Source of the DNA: Candidatus Hydrogenedentota bacterium
GTDB lineage: Bacteria; Hydrogenedentota; Hydrogenedentia; Hydrogenedentales; JAEUWI01
Direction: 5' to 3'
NCBI GenBank assembly: GCA_034669905.1
Contig: JAXMOL010000001.1
Location: 1 to 64,000 of the forward strand
DNA length: 64,000 nucleotides
Shown here: positions 10,350 through 20,136 of the stretch, one piece after another
Numbering within the stretch: the first letter of the stretch is position 1
How the letters are laid out: every line of letters starts with the position of its first letter
Made by a program: the position numbers and the translations under genes
The notes under the pieces: generated by a model
Seen by the model: only the letters and a program-made list of their open reading frames with translations
Told to the model about the DNA's origin: nothing
Databases searched by the model: none

Positions 10350-11078
10350 ATGAAAGTGCCGTTTCGAACATTCATAACGCACACCCTATGCGGGCTAGCG
10401 GGTTTTATCCTGGCCACTGCAGTCATCGCAAATCAGGGGCAACCCGGTGTGGTTACTTCGCCGGATTCTTACTATCAGGATGGCCAGCTCAAGGCTGTAC
10501 AAAGTGGCGGGTTGGCAAACTATGAAATCGCGAACCCCCATTCGCAACTCAAACTGGTGGAACTTGGTGGAAACGAAGAAGGTAGAGACGGCGTAGTCGA
10601 CACCTGGATGGTGAGTTGTATGAATGGTTCAGCACCGCCCGAAATCGATGCACCCCTGGGGTTCATCAGTGGCTATACGGATACGGATAACGACCAGACG
10701 CCCGATGAAATGAATTTGTATGTTGGAGCGAAAACCTATCAATACGGCATATTTCGGTCCGAGAAGAATCTGACACCCGAAGAAGCGAACTGCGAATGGC
10801 TTTCCATCTACCGGTCGAATCAGCGTTACACGACCTATTACGATTTTGACAAGGATGGCTTTTTTGATTTGGTGCGGGAAGGGAATGATCTCACGCTGGA
10901 CCGGGAAGACCCTGACTACACCGAGCAAGAGTGGGTGGTTTGGGAGCGTCGAATGTATCCCGTAAGGCAAACGCACGAAGCGCCGACCGGTGCGATTCTT
11001 GAAATAGAGGATACCGACGGAAGCCTAAGATTTGTCCGGATGTCGGACCGTGTCTGGAAAGAAACAACGTTGCCGTAG
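10350..11078 (+). CDS. Hypothetical exported protein, lower GC than flanks
   Basis: N-terminal hydrophobic segment; DTDNDQTPD and DFDKDGFFD Ca-binding-like motifs. Confidence 0.6.
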   Translation: MKVPFRTFITHTLCGLAGFILATAVIANQGQPGVVTSPDSYYQDGQLKAVQSGGLANYEIANPHSQLKLVELGGNEEGRDGVVDTWMVSCMNGSAPPEIDAPLGFISGYTDTDNDQTPDEMNLYVGAKTYQYGIFRSEKNLTPEEANCEWLSIYRSNQRYTTYYDFDKDGFFDLVREGNDLTLDREDPDYTEQEWVVWERRMYPVRQTHEAPTGAILEIEDTDGSLRFVRMSDRVWKETTLP

Positions 11079-11119
11079 AAAACTAAAGAATGCCCGTGAT
11101 TGACCGACGTGGCCTTTAT

Positions 11120-11139
11120 GTCAGGCAGGAATGCCTGAC
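11120..11139. repeat. REP-like palindrome GTCAGGCA-GGAA-TGCCTGAC
   Basis: Perfect 8-bp stem in an intergenic region, no U-tract. Confidence 0.5.
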
Positions 11140-11159
11140 CTCCTGAACAGGAACGACCC

Positions 11160-12065
11160 ATGACTGACACCGAGAAACACAAATCCTACTACGGCCCCTT
11201 TTTCTGGGTGGCGGCCGTGTCTTTCATCGTGCCCCTCTTTGTGGCGGTGCGTGCCTTTGATAGCGTAGGGCCGACGACGAAGCCTGAACCGGCACCGGAC
11301 GCGTCGGGGGTGGACAACGCCCTCTGGGATTACCTGCTCAAATCCTATGTGGAAAATGGACTCATCGACTATGACGCCATGGGGCGCGACCATATCTTCC
11401 GCACGTACCTCAAGCAACTGGGTGGCGCGGCGCCGGAGAAGCTGGCCACCGACGACGAGCGCCTGGCACTCCTGTGCAATGCCTACAACGCCTTTGTCGT
11501 CAACGGTGTCATCACGCACAAGATTCGCGACTCGGTGAATGACTATATCGAAAACGATACGGGTTTCTTCGATTTAAAGGAACACATCTTCGCCAATGAA
11601 ACCCTCAGCCTCAACGACATCGAGCATGGCATGATTCGCGCCGAATTCGACGAACCCCGAATCCACATGGCCCTCGTATGTGCCGCCATCAGTTGTCCGC
11701 CCCTGCGGCCGGAGGCCTATTCAGGAACCCGCCTGAACGCCCAGCTCACCGATCAGGCGCGCCTCTTCGCCAATGACCCGAAATATGTGCGCTACGACGC
11801 CGAGGAAAATGCCATCCACGTCAGCCGAATCCTGCAATGGTATGGGGAAGACTGGGACGACCATGGGGGCTACCTGCCCTGGCTTGCCCACCGGGTAGAC
11901 GATGTCCGCCTGGCCGAGATGATGATGCGCGCCGATGCCACCGACATCCGCCTGGAGTTTAACGAGTACGACTGGACCTTGAACACGCAGAACGCATTGG
12001 GCGCGGGCGGCAGCTCCGGACCCAGTAGTGGCGCCTTCGGCTCGGGCTCTATACCCAATGAGTGA
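11160..12065 (+). CDS. DUF547 domain protein
   Basis: NAYNA, SLNDIEHGMIR, EPRIHMALVCAAISCPPL, YDWTLN motifs. Confidence 0.9.
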   Translation: MTDTEKHKSYYGPFFWVAAVSFIVPLFVAVRAFDSVGPTTKPEPAPDASGVDNALWDYLLKSYVENGLIDYDAMGRDHIFRTYLKQLGGAAPEKLATDDERLALLCNAYNAFVVNGVITHKIRDSVNDYIENDTGFFDLKEHIFANETLSLNDIEHGMIRAEFDEPRIHMALVCAAISCPPLRPEAYSGTRLNAQLTDQARLFANDPKYVRYDAEENAIHVSRILQWYGEDWDDHGGYLPWLAHRVDDVRLAEMMMRADATDIRLEFNEYDWTLNTQNALGAGGSSGPSSGAFGSGSIPNE

Positions 12066-12846
12066 GGCAGAGAATGAAACGGAAAACTATGGCACCCTGA
12101 AACTCGTCGTCGCGGCCATCGTGGTGCTTGCCCTTCTCGCTACGCCGTTCCTCTTCCCGGTAAAGGCGTGGTTCCTCGCTTTCCTCGAAGCACTTCGTGG
12201 ATTTGGCGTGGCAGGACTGGTCCTCCTCGTCGTGGCCTACATCGTGGCCTGCGTCTTCATGCTGCCCGGCGCCATCCTGACGCTGGGCGCCGGCTTTATG
12301 GGGGCCACCCTTTGGCCCGAAAGTCTCGGCATGGCCCTCCTGGGCGGCGGTGTGGCCGCTTCCGCCGGAGCCACCCTGGGTGCCACGGCCGCCTTTCTCC
12401 TCGGCCGTACGGTCCTGCGGGATGTGGCGGCGAAGCGCATTGAAGGCAGCGCGCGCTTTCGTGCCCTGGATGATGCCATCGAAAGGAACGGCTTCAAAAT
12501 GGTCTTTCTCGTGCGCCTCTCCCCCGCATTCCCCTTCAATGTTTTAAACTACGCCCTCGGCCTCACCAAGGTGCGGCTGCGGGACTACTTCCTGGCCTCG
12601 TGGATCGGCATGATTCCCGGCATGCTGCTCTACGTCTACCTCGGTGCCACGGCCCAAAGCCTCGCCGCCGCCACTGGAGGCGCGCGGGAAAAAACGCCCC
12701 AGGAGTACGCCGTACTCGTCGTGGGGCTTGTCGCCACCATTGCCGTCGTCTGGTTCGTCACCCGAGTCGCCCGACGGGCCTTTAATGAGGCGGTAGACGA
12801 CGGCAGCGAGGAAGACGATGAACGACCCGTAAAGGACACGCCCTGA
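12058..12846 (+). CDS. TVP38/TMEM64 (SNARE-associated, DedA superfamily) membrane protein
   Basis: LPGAILTLGAG, GATAAFLLGR, RLSPAFPFNVLNYALG motifs; overlaps DUF547 stop. Confidence 0.9.
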   Translation: MSEAENETENYGTLKLVVAAIVVLALLATPFLFPVKAWFLAFLEALRGFGVAGLVLLVVAYIVACVFMLPGAILTLGAGFMGATLWPESLGMALLGGGVAASAGATLGATAAFLLGRTVLRDVAAKRIEGSARFRALDDAIERNGFKMVFLVRLSPAFPFNVLNYALGLTKVRLRDYFLASWIGMIPGMLLYVYLGATAQSLAAATGGAREKTPQEYAVLVVGLVATIAVVWFVTRVARRAFNEAVDDGSEEDDERPVKDTP

Positions 12847-14372
12847 TGCATGAAGTACCCGACCTCCAACCCCGTGACGTGTATAACCAAACCCTGCTGG
12901 ACAACGTCCACCCGGCGGACTGGGTCAATCCCACGCCGGAGGGGCGCTACAACCTCGTGGTGATTGGCGCGGGCACGGCCGGCCTCATTGCGGCGATTGG
13001 TGCGGCAGGGCTGGGTGCCAAAGTCGCCCTCATTGAGCGCGACTTTCTCGGGGGCGATTGTCTCAACCACGGGTGTGTGCCCTCCAAGGGGGTCATCGGC
13101 GCGGCACGGGTCGCCCACACCATCCGCACCAGCGCCGCCTTCGGCATGCGGGTGCCCGACGGCTGGGAGATCGATTTTGGAGCCGCCATGGAACGAATGC
13201 GCCGTATCCGCTCAGAAATCAGCGCCCACGATTCCGCCCGACGTTTTCAGGATCTGGGTGTGGATGTCTATCTCGGTTCGGCCCGCTTCGTGGATGATAG
13301 CCACGTGAGCGTCGGAGATGTGTCCCTCGAATTTACCAAGGCCGTGATCGCCACAGGCGCACGGGCCTATGTGCCAGACATTCCCGGCCTCTCCGAGGTG
13401 GATTACTTTACCAACGAGACCATCTTCTCCCTGACCGAGCGCCCTGCGCGCATGGCGGTATTAGGTGGCGGCCCTATCGGTTGCGAGTTGGCCCAGGCCT
13501 TTCAGCGCCTCGGCAGTCAGGTCACCCTCCTCCAATCGGCCCCGGAGGTTCTCCACCGCGAAGACCCCGACGCCGCCGCGATTGTACGGAAAAGTCTCTT
13601 GAAAGATGGCGTCGTCGCCCATGCAGGCGTCACGGTCACGGGGGTAGCGCAACGGGGAGACGCCCTCTGCCTCCACGCCACGATAGACGGTGTCACCCAC
13701 GAATTTGAGGCCGACGTGTTGCTCGTATCCACAGGACGTACGCCCAACGTAAGTGACCTGGGCCTAGAAGACGTGGACGTCACCTTTAACACACGCGAGG
13801 GCGTTCAGGTCGATGACACGTTGCGCACCACCAACCCGCGTATCTATGCCTGTGGCGACGTGTGTCAGTCCCTGAAGTTTACCCACGCCGCGGATGCCGC
13901 CGCCCGCATCGTGATTCGCAACACCCTCTTCCCCTTCCTGCCCAAGTCGAGATTCAGCCAGCTCGTCATACCGTGGGTAACCTACACAGCGCCGGAGATT
14001 GCCCACGTGGGCCTTTCCGAACACGATGCGCAGGCCCAGGGCATTGCCATCGACACCATCACCATTCCCCTGGCGGAAAACGACCGGGCCCAACTCGAGG
14101 GCGACACGGAAGGGCTGCTGAAGATCCACGTGGCCAAGGGCTCCGATCGTATCCTGGGCGGCACCCTCGTCTCTGCCCACGCGGGCGAAAGCATTGGCGC
14201 ATTGACCCTCGCAATCACCCAGAAAATCAAACTCGGGAAGTTTTCCGGGGTCATCCACCCCTATCCGACCCAGGCCGAAGTCTTCAAGCGCGCGGGTGAC
14301 GCCATGATGCGGGAGCGCTTCAAGCCCTGGATTGCCCGGCTCTTTGCCTGGATTATCGCATGGCAACGATAG
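12846..14372 (+). CDS. Class I pyridine nucleotide-disulphide oxidoreductase (mercuric-reductase-like/Lpd family)
   Basis: GAGTAG, GGDCLNHGCVPSK redox CxxxxC, GGGPIG, HPYPTQAE; lacks the MerA C-terminal Cys pair. Confidence 0.88.
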   Translation: MHEVPDLQPRDVYNQTLLDNVHPADWVNPTPEGRYNLVVIGAGTAGLIAAIGAAGLGAKVALIERDFLGGDCLNHGCVPSKGVIGAARVAHTIRTSAAFGMRVPDGWEIDFGAAMERMRRIRSEISAHDSARRFQDLGVDVYLGSARFVDDSHVSVGDVSLEFTKAVIATGARAYVPDIPGLSEVDYFTNETIFSLTERPARMAVLGGGPIGCELAQAFQRLGSQVTLLQSAPEVLHREDPDAAAIVRKSLLKDGVVAHAGVTVTGVAQRGDALCLHATIDGVTHEFEADVLLVSTGRTPNVSDLGLEDVDVTFNTREGVQVDDTLRTTNPRIYACGDVCQSLKFTHAADAAARIVIRNTLFPFLPKSRFSQLVIPWVTYTAPEIAHVGLSEHDAQAQGIAIDTITIPLAENDRAQLEGDTEGLLKIHVAKGSDRILGGTLVSAHAGESIGALTLAITQKIKLGKFSGVIHPYPTQAEVFKRAGDAMMRERFKPWIARLFAWIIAWQR

Positions 14373-14388
14373 CCGTCACGCCCACAAA

Positions 14389-14418
14389 TTGACTCAATTT
14401 GCCCCCGTTCCCTATACT
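14389..14418 (+). promoter_or_regulatory. Putative sigma70 promoter for lspA
   Basis: TTGACT-18 nt-TATACT. Confidence 0.55.
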
Positions 14419-14492
14419 CTTCCGAGCACCGACCGGTGTGCACCATCCATTTCAGCCAACACGCCAGGGCTTGCCCCTTGTTTCAGGATATC

Positions 14493-15032
14493 ATGAGCTA
14501 TAAACAACGTCTGGCCTGGGTCGCAGGTATCGTGATCGTCAGTGTCGTACTCGACCAAATCACCAAACGCATGGCCATCGCCTGGCTGATGGGCCAACCA
14601 CCAATCATCTACTGGGGCGACTTTTTCCGGCTCCAATATGCGGAGAACACGGGGGCCTTCCTCGGCCTTTTCGGGGAAATGTCGGCCACCGTGCGCACCG
14701 TCCTGCTGGTGGGCTTCAATTCCGTAATTCTCATTGCGGTGACCTGCTTTCTCTTCCTTCCCCGCGACATCACCCGCATGGTCGTCTGGGCCCTGGCCCT
14801 CATCCTCTCTGGCGGCATTGGCAATCTGATTGATCGCATCGCCTATAGTGGCATTGTCGTTGACTTTATGAATATGGGCTTGCCCTGGGTGTCCATCCGT
14901 GGCTGGGAACCCCGCACCGGCATCTTCAACATCGCAGACCTGGCCATCGTCGCGGGCCTCGTCCTGATGATCCTCGCCGAGTTTCTGAAAGTGAATTCAT
15001 CGGCGCTGGAAGAGGGGTCGGCACCCGAATAG
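14493..15032 (+). CDS. lspA: Lipoprotein signal peptidase II
   Basis: DQITK, NTGAFLG, GGIGNLIDR, VVDF, FNIAD motifs. Confidence 0.95.
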   Translation: MSYKQRLAWVAGIVIVSVVLDQITKRMAIAWLMGQPPIIYWGDFFRLQYAENTGAFLGLFGEMSATVRTVLLVGFNSVILIAVTCFLFLPRDITRMVVWALALILSGGIGNLIDRIAYSGIVVDFMNMGLPWVSIRGWEPRTGIFNIADLAIVAGLVLMILAEFLKVNSSALEEGSAPE

Positions 15033-15230
15033 GCGTTGTGCCCCCCCGTGGAAGGCACGCCCCGCTTGGCGCCAACGCTCCCCGGACCGGTGGCGCCCAT
15101 TCGACATGAGAACCTGACACGGTCTACAATGGGGCCGTAGCCACGGCAAGTGCGATGGGTTGGGAGTCCCATTCGCCCCCTTCCCGCGGCCTTCTCACCG
15201 TCATCCCCAAATTGGAATGGTAGCTTCGTT

Positions 15231-16043
15231 ATGAATCGCCTTGTGAAGTGGAGTGTCTACGGGGTTATTCCGCTGTGCCTCAGCCTCGCCCTGCAACTCA
15301 TGTATTTCTCCGGAAACCTGGTGCTCCAACGCCTGGTTTGTCCTAAGTTACCGCCCATGCCGCCCGATGCCTACCGGGAATTTGGCCTGCTTGAGAATCT
15401 ACAGAGCCTCTTTGTGCTGGCCATGGTAGTCATCCTGCTCATCGGTGCCCTGCGGAGTGTACATCGCGTGCAGCGCCTGGCCTTTCTTGCGCTCACCGTG
15501 TTTTCCACCTTCATCTTTCTCGAAGAGATTGATTATGGCACCCACTTTTACGCCTACGCCCAGTTAGAGGACGTGGCGGGCTGGTTTGAACCGGCCCGGA
15601 GTGATCGCTTTCAGGCCCTCCTCGCCCAGACCGATTTCACGGCGACTCCCTTCAATATTCACAATCAGGGCGATTTGACCGATGTGATCAAGGGGCTCGC
15701 TGGTGCTGTCATGCTGCTGCTCTTCGTGCTCGCGCCCTTTCTCACCGGGCGCATCCGAAATCCCTGGTTTCATTATGTTGCGCCTGACCGCTTCGCCGTC
15801 ATTACCGTGGTGGTGATGGTCTTATTGCGGCTGATTACCCATCAGCTCGGTGGTCTCGACGCTCAATGGGCCGCCGATGGCGCAAACTCCGGACGGGAGG
15901 TGGGTGCCATGAACAATAATCTCAGTGAATTCCGGGAACTCACCACCTATTATCTCTTTCTCGTCTACCTCGCGGTGTTGGTCTTTTTCCGCCGGGCCCC
16001 GGAACCCACGGCGCCTGGCAACGATGTGGCGCCATCCAGTTGA
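15231..16043 (+). CDS. Membrane protein of unknown function
   Basis: Several TM helices; conserved-looking EFGLLE, FLEEIDYG and FNIHN motifs. Confidence 0.7.
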   Translation: MNRLVKWSVYGVIPLCLSLALQLMYFSGNLVLQRLVCPKLPPMPPDAYREFGLLENLQSLFVLAMVVILLIGALRSVHRVQRLAFLALTVFSTFIFLEEIDYGTHFYAYAQLEDVAGWFEPARSDRFQALLAQTDFTATPFNIHNQGDLTDVIKGLAGAVMLLLFVLAPFLTGRIRNPWFHYVAPDRFAVITVVVMVLLRLITHQLGGLDAQWAADGANSGREVGAMNNNLSEFRELTTYYLFLVYLAVLVFFRRAPEPTAPGNDVAPSS

Positions 16044-16069
16044 CCCTCCCCCTGCGGATTTGCTATGAT
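16040..16069 (+). promoter_or_regulatory. Putative sigma70 promoter for rplJL
   Basis: TTGACC-18 nt-TATGAT with extended -10 TG. Confidence 0.6.
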
Positions 16070-16100
16070 TCCCGCTCTTAGCTAATCGCATCAGCTACGT

Positions 16101-16260
16101 GTTGCAGACAGCCGGTGGCCCTTTGGGTCTTAAACATCCTGCCGAGACCGTGAGACGTGATGTACAGTTCGCTTATTTGATCTGTCTCCCGTGTTGTCTG
16201 TTTCTCAGGCCAACACGGGTTTTTTTTTGCGATAACGAATATCAATCTCTCAGGAAAGGA
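16101..16260 (+). ncRNA. Ribosomal protein L10 leader (autoregulatory element)
   Basis: AGACAGCcGGTGG...TTAAacatCCTGCCGAG matches the L10-leader kink-turn consensus; directly upstream of rplJ; 3' boundary approximate. Confidence 0.8.
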
Positions 16261-16270
16261 GGTGAAACAA

Positions 16271-16795
16271 TTGGCAACTCCCAAGAAAATTTCTGACGTC
16301 GCCGAAATTAAGGCGCGGCTTGAATCGAGCGAAATCGCCATCGCCACGAAGTACATCGGTATTTCCGTGGACGAGGTGACCGAGCTTCGTAAACAGCTTC
16401 GTGACGCCGGGGTCGAGTACAAGGTGTACAAAAACACCCTCGCCCGCCGCGCGCTCCGCGAGCTCGAAATCGAAGAAGCCGCCGACTGCATGGAAGGACC
16501 CACCGCGTGGGTTTTCTCCGCCGATCCGGTCGCTCCCGCGAAGATTCTGAAAGACTACGCGAAGAAAGTAGACACCGTCGGCATGATGGGTGGCGTACTG
16601 GGCGGTAAACCCGTCGACGCCGCACAGCTTGCTGCACTGGCCAGCCTGCCTTCCCGCGAACAGCTTCTTGCCCAGGTCGTCGGCACCATCGCCGCACCGC
16701 TGCGCAACATGGTGGGCACCCTCAACGCCCTGCCGCGTAATCTGGTCAACGTGCTTGACCAGGTCAAGAAGAAAGCCGAAGAGGAAGCCGCGTAA
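16271..16795 (+). CDS. rplJ: 50S ribosomal protein L10
   Basis: ELRKQLR, VYKNTLARRAL, LASLPSREQL; TTG start 6 nt after GGAGGTG. Confidence 0.96.
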   Translation: MATPKKISDVAEIKARLESSEIAIATKYIGISVDEVTELRKQLRDAGVEYKVYKNTLARRALRELEIEEAADCMEGPTAWVFSADPVAPAKILKDYAKKVDTVGMMGGVLGGKPVDAAQLAALASLPSREQLLAQVVGTIAAPLRNMVGTLNALPRNLVNVLDQVKKKAEEEAA

Positions 16796-16859
16796 GGCCT
16801 CCCGCTTCACCCCACAATCACGTAACAACTTAACCACTTTTTAATGGAGAATACAGACC

Positions 16860-17252
16860 ATGTCTGAAAAGCTTGATGCCATCATCGACAACATCGCGGA
16901 ACTTTCCGTACTTGAACTCAGCGAGCTGATCAAGGCCCTCGAAGAGAAGTTCGGCGTTGAAGCCGCTGCCCCCATGATGATGGGTGCCATGCCCGCTGCT
17001 GCGGGTGGTGACGAAGGCGGCGCTGCTGCTGGCCCCACCAGCTTCGACGTTATCCTCAAGGACCACGGTTCCCAGAAAATCGGCGTCATCAAGGAAGTCA
17101 AGGGCCTTTTGGGCCTTGGCCTCAAGGAAGCCAAGGAAATCGTCGACGGCGCGCCCAAGACCCTCAAGGAAGGCGTTCCCGAAGACGAAGCCAACAAGAT
17201 CAAAGAAGCCCTCGAAGGTGCGGGCGCTGTGGTCGAGCTCAAGGGTGTGTAA
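16860..17252 (+). CDS. rplL: 50S ribosomal protein L7/L12
   Basis: [36 protein letters not shown]. Confidence 0.97.
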   Translation: MSEKLDAIIDNIAELSVLELSELIKALEEKFGVEAAAPMMMGAMPAAAGGDEGGAAAGPTSFDVILKDHGSQKIGVIKEVKGLLGLGLKEAKEIVDGAPKTLKEGVPEDEANKIKEALEGAGAVVELKGV

Positions 17253-17284
17253 TTACCCCCTTGCGCGTTGCGCATAGTATTAAA

Positions 17285-17317
17285 GCGGCTGGACTTCGGT
17301 CCAGCCGTTTTTCTTTT
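17285..17317 (+). terminator. Rho-independent terminator after rplL
   Basis: GCGGCTGGAC-TTCG-GTCCAGCCGT stem followed by T-tract. Confidence 0.9.
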
Positions 17318-17703
17318 GTCCGGGTAGCCCAGGCGGGCGAGGGCCGACATTCGCCCCCGGCGCTGTCTGACCCGTAACAGGCCCGCCACCCTGTCCCACA
17401 ACAACGTTAAGCGGCCTAATTACAAGCACTTAACCCGTATCCCCCACGAAAGCCCCTGGCAGAAAGCTACCGTGGTGGCCTTCCCGCGGAAGCCCCGGCG
17501 GCCAGCCATAGACGCCCGTTACGCCAAAGGGGGTGGCATCCAGCATCTTTTGTGGTATACTTTCGGTTGTAAAGAGATTACCTCGTCGTAGCGGACCTGA
17601 CCTGCGGTCCGGCTACCTAACTTGCCTGGCGGTCACCCTTTCTCACAGCCATAAGGGATGCCAGCCGGAGTTTAGCGCGAATTGCATACGCTGGGAGGCG
17701 GGC

Positions 17704-19092
17704 ATGACCAACGAAGAAGCCAAAGAACTCTACATCGAGGCCGTGAAAGCCTTCGAGGCCAAGGACTTTGAGAAGGCCCTGTCCGTTTTCGATCAGTTGG
17801 ATGCGGCGCGCCCCAATAGTCGCCACGTGACCTACCACCGTATCGTCTGCATGGCCCATCTCGGACGCAAGCATGAAGCCCGCACGGATCTGGAAAAGAT
17901 CGAGTCCAAGCTGGAACCGGACAAAGTGGGCGAGCTGAAACGCCTCCTTAATCCCGATATTGCCCCATCCAGCGCACCGGCGATGGCTGCGGCCCCCGCG
18001 CCGACGCCATCCCCGGCGGCGATTCCCGTCGCGGAGCCCCCATCGGAACCGGAAGTAGTCGGCGACAATGTGCTCACCATCGAGTCGGCCTTCCCCAAGT
18101 CCAACGACGAAACCACCATTACGGGGCACATTAAACGGGGCACCTTTCGCCCGGGCGATTCGCTTACGATAGTCACTCCCGACGGCATGCCCATCGTGGC
18201 GCCCATCATGCGAATCGGCACCGCGGAAACACCCCTGAAAATTGTCCGCGAAGGGCAAAAGGCGATCATGTCGCTCCAGGTGGAATCCCACCATGTCGTT
18301 CCCGGCTCTTCGGCCTCGGCGGTCTCCCACGAAGAATCCTATGCAGAAACCATGGTCGTGGGCGTCAACGACGACTCCGGGCCCGCGTCCACTGCGTCGA
18401 TGATGGATGGTGCCCTTCTGGAAATAGACCGCCAGATTCGGAGCAAGGATTACGCGGGTGCATTGGCCAGGATCCAGGCCCATCTCACGGAAAATCCCCA
18501 GAGTTGCGCCGGACACCGGCTGATCGCCAAGGTCTACCTGGAGGGCGGACCGGAGGTGCAGGACCATGCCAAGGCCCTGGAACATGTCCGTAAGGCCTAC
18601 GAATTGGGTGGCGCAGAAGACCCCATCGTGGTCGATCTCCTCGCCCATGCCATGGCGGCCAACGGGGAGGCCGAACACGGACTCCGATTCCTGGAACGCC
18701 TCTACGCGGGCACGCGGGAGTTTGAAGCCAAGGGTGCATTGGGCCAACGCATTGTCGACTTCCGCGGCCGACACGAGCTCGGGCACAGCTGGGAATTCTC
18801 CGATAGCTATGGCGATGTCATCTTCGAATCGGGTGACATCATGGAAATCACCCGGGCCATCAAGTCTGGAACCGTTCCCAAGTCATCACTCTGCAAGAAA
18901 GACCACGTGGGCGAATGGCGTAAGGTAGAAGATACCATTGCCTTGGAACACCCCACCATCGGTGCGCTCTTTGAAACGTCGAAAGCAAGCGGCGGAAAAT
19001 CGATGGTAATCTACGCCATCATCGCGTTGCTCGCGATCACCATCGCCATCGTGCTCTTCAACATTATGGGCAGCACCAGCACCGAAGGCTAG
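17704..19092 (+). CDS. TPR protein with EF-Tu domain II-like beta-barrel, GYF-like domain and C-terminal membrane anchor
   Basis: GGGAGG RBS; N-terminal and central TPR-like helices; IESAF...TITGHIKRGTFRPGD...EGQKA segment; C-terminal TM helix. Confidence 0.75.
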   Translation: MTNEEAKELYIEAVKAFEAKDFEKALSVFDQLDAARPNSRHVTYHRIVCMAHLGRKHEARTDLEKIESKLEPDKVGELKRLLNPDIAPSSAPAMAAAPAPTPSPAAIPVAEPPSEPEVVGDNVLTIESAFPKSNDETTITGHIKRGTFRPGDSLTIVTPDGMPIVAPIMRIGTAETPLKIVREGQKAIMSLQVESHHVVPGSSASAVSHEESYAETMVVGVNDDSGPASTASMMDGALLEIDRQIRSKDYAGALARIQAHLTENPQSCAGHRLIAKVYLEGGPEVQDHAKALEHVRKAYELGGAEDPIVVDLLAHAMAANGEAEHGLRFLERLYAGTREFEAKGALGQRIVDFRGRHELGHSWEFSDSYGDVIFESGDIMEITRAIKSGTVPKSSLCKKDHVGEWRKVEDTIALEHPTIGALFETSKASGGKSMVIYAIIALLAITIAIVLFNIMGSTSTEG

Positions 19093-19252
19093 TCCCGACT
19101 TCCCCAATCCCCAGGTCGCCCCGGATAGTCCCAGGGGCTTGGCCCGCCCCCCTTTGATCCGGTATACTGCGGGCCGTCGGGGAGTGTCTGTTCACGGAGG
19201 TGTGGGCAGACACACTTGCCCACGGTTGGTGGACAATGAGAGACGGGTCTTC

Positions 19253-20110
19253 ATGCAGCTCACACAGAAACAGGAATCGCTTATTTCACGCCACCTGCGT
19301 GATCTGGCCAGCCAGTTTGACGCATCGGTTCCGGAAGGCAACCGCAACAGTCGGCTACGCACCTTGCAATCGCGCATCTATAACGAGTTGGAATCCCTCT
19401 CGAAGCCCGCGATCGCCGATGAAGACGTCCTCGCCGTACTCGGTCGGCTGACCCCCGAAGCACTGGCGGGAAAAGCTGCGACAAATGGTAACCGGAGCGC
19501 CCGCCCCGGAACGCCTGATCAACCGGCATCCCCGAAGCGTGTTCCCGCAGAAGAAGAAGAGGTCGCCGCCGTCTGGCTGGGGGTCTGCGCCTTCAATGCG
19601 GAACGTTTCGGTGCGGCCCCGTGGATGTTTCGCGTGGGCGCGGTTCTTCTCGGGCTGGTCACGGGCCCCTTGGCCCTGTTGTGCTATCTCGGCGGCTATG
19701 CCGAACTGTACTTCACCACGGAGAAAGACGAACGGGACCCCATCGACTACGGCACCCTGGCGGTACGGACCATCACGCCCCTGGCCGCAGCCATCGCATT
19801 GCGTTGGCTGGCCTACAAGCTTCTTGCGCTCCTTACCTATGGCTACGAGAAAGCCTTCAGCGAGCCGGTGCCCCCCCTGGGAAAGTGGGATTGGCTCGCC
19901 CACTACGATGGCACCTTCTTCTTCCTCTTATGGACCAGTGTGATTCCCCTGGGCATACTCAGCGGCTTACCCCTCGCCAACGCCTGGGGGCACAGCCTCA
20001 AACGACTGGCCCAGGCCCTGGTCGCCCTCTATTTCATGACCCTTTGCTTTGGCATCGCCATGGTACTGGTTGGGTTGATCCTGGACCGCGTACAGCCCTA
20101 CATGCAATAA
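19253..20110 (+). CDS. PspC-domain-containing membrane protein
   Basis: WLGVCAFNAERFG...FRVGAVLL...LLCYL PspC-like motif; further TM helices. Confidence 0.7.
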   Translation: MQLTQKQESLISRHLRDLASQFDASVPEGNRNSRLRTLQSRIYNELESLSKPAIADEDVLAVLGRLTPEALAGKAATNGNRSARPGTPDQPASPKRVPAEEEEVAAVWLGVCAFNAERFGAAPWMFRVGAVLLGLVTGPLALLCYLGGYAELYFTTEKDERDPIDYGTLAVRTITPLAAAIALRWLAYKLLALLTYGYEKAFSEPVPPLGKWDWLAHYDGTFFFLLWTSVIPLGILSGLPLANAWGHSLKRLAQALVALYFMTLCFGIAMVLVGLILDRVQPYMQ

Positions 20111-20136
20111 GGGGTGCCACGCCGCGGGCCACTTGT

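Noticed and set aside
12846..14372. merA mercury resistance call
   Set aside because: No C-terminal Cys-Cys, no HMA domain and no merR/T/P neighbours
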